Positions 63,559-64,000 of a DNA stretch of 64,000 bases are shown here, piece by piece. The notes beneath the pieces were generated by a model. That model made no database searches, had not been told where the DNA came from, and was given only the letters and a program-made list of their open reading frames with translations. A program made the position numbers and the translations under genes. This DNA comes from a virus (Duplodnaviria; Caudoviricetes): the IMG/VR virus record IMGVR_UViG_2721755587_000002; one strand, given 5' to 3'. The stretch's first letter is position 1. Each line of letters starts with the position of its first letter.

Positions 63559-64000
63559 TGGATTCTCCAAGGTCGCGGCGCCGGCTCGGCCGCCATGAGT
63601 TCGGATGGATAGGGCCGCATGAAGCTCCTCGCCCGCTCCGGATCCCGGCAGGTCAGCCAGTCATCCCACTCCGCCCGCGGCAGGATGACGATCATTCGTT
63701 TTTCCTTGCCCGGGGCGTGGAAGCGATTCATCAGCGGGTGTTTGTCTGAGTTGATGGTCAGCATGGTGAATGAGTAGGCGCCATCCGGCCAATCCCGCCA
63801 CAGGCCCGCGATGGCGAACTCGGGCTCGTCCTTCAGCCAGATCCGCCAGCGCACCGACTTTGCTTGCCCTTCTGCATAGAACGGTTCGTAGAAACTCGAC
63901 GCCGGCACCAGGCAGAGTTGCCCCTTCTTCCACGGCCCCGAGAACGACCGCTTTTCGCCGACCGTCTCCGATCTGGCGTTCGTGGTATCGAACTTGGCCA
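63555..64000 (-). CDS. SOS response-associated peptidase (SRAP/YedK), 5' end outside the window
   Basis: NARSET, CLVPASSFYEP, IAGLW, FTMLTIN, FH..EKRM. Confidence 0.92.
   Translation of the reverse strand, partial: AKFDTTNARSETVGEKRSFSGPWKKGQLCLVPASSFYEPFYAEGQAKSVRWRIWLKDEPEFAIAGLWRDWPDGAYSFTMLTINSDKHPLMNRFHAPGKEKRMIVILPRAEWDDWLTCRDPERARSFMRPYPSELMAAEPAPRPWRIQ

Larger units (their letters stand above)
1..64000. mobile_element. Temperate prophage: lambdoid control region, P22-type head, contractile tail; ends outside the window
   Basis: Continuous phage gene order from integrase through immunity, replication, packaging, head, tail and lysis to a SRAP gene. No host housekeeping genes and no att duplication visible. 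Confidence 0.97.

Noticed and set aside
1-64000. tRNA genes and attL/attR
   Set aside because: No cloverleaf or terminal direct repeat recognised; the window starts at the int ATG and ends inside SRAP.

Overview
The whole window is one temperate, GC-rich prophage. Both att sites lie outside the window. The host is inferred to be a Burkholderiaceae-like betaproteobacterium (e.g. Cupriavidus/Ralstonia), but this is not shown by the sequence. Gene order, left to right: (1) tyrosine integrase; (2) a leftward early operon (xis-like, DUF1643, ASCH-like, DUF5131, C5 DNA methyltransferase, Lar, DnaQ-like exonuclease, AlpA, SbcC-like ATPase, RMF/FtsK-gamma fusion, RecT-like annealase, PD-(D/E)XK exonuclease); (3) a lambdoid immunity region with clear OL/OR operators, cI, cro and cII, and accessory genes in the rex position; (4) nin-like, replication and Q-like genes; (5) ParB-methyltransferase, terminase, DUF4055 portal, scaffold and P22-type coat; (6) a contractile (myovirus) tail and baseplate; (7) an acyltransferase/esterase cassette interrupted by an intact IS3 element; (8) lysis genes; (9) a mosaic right-end accessory region (Excalibur protein, HEPN-like protein, LigD and Rz remnants, partial SRAP). 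The strongest candidates for undescribed biology are: a ~370-nt densely structured non-coding RNA in the late leader; five GGAU-loop hairpins before the scaffold and coat genes, plus a C-terminal peptide shared by portal and scaffold; an O-acyl add/remove module around the tail fibre; a rex-position gene cluster; and the RMF-FtsK-gamma fusion preceded by a loop-E-type RNA hairpin. All family assignments come from motif recognition by eye; no database searches were run.
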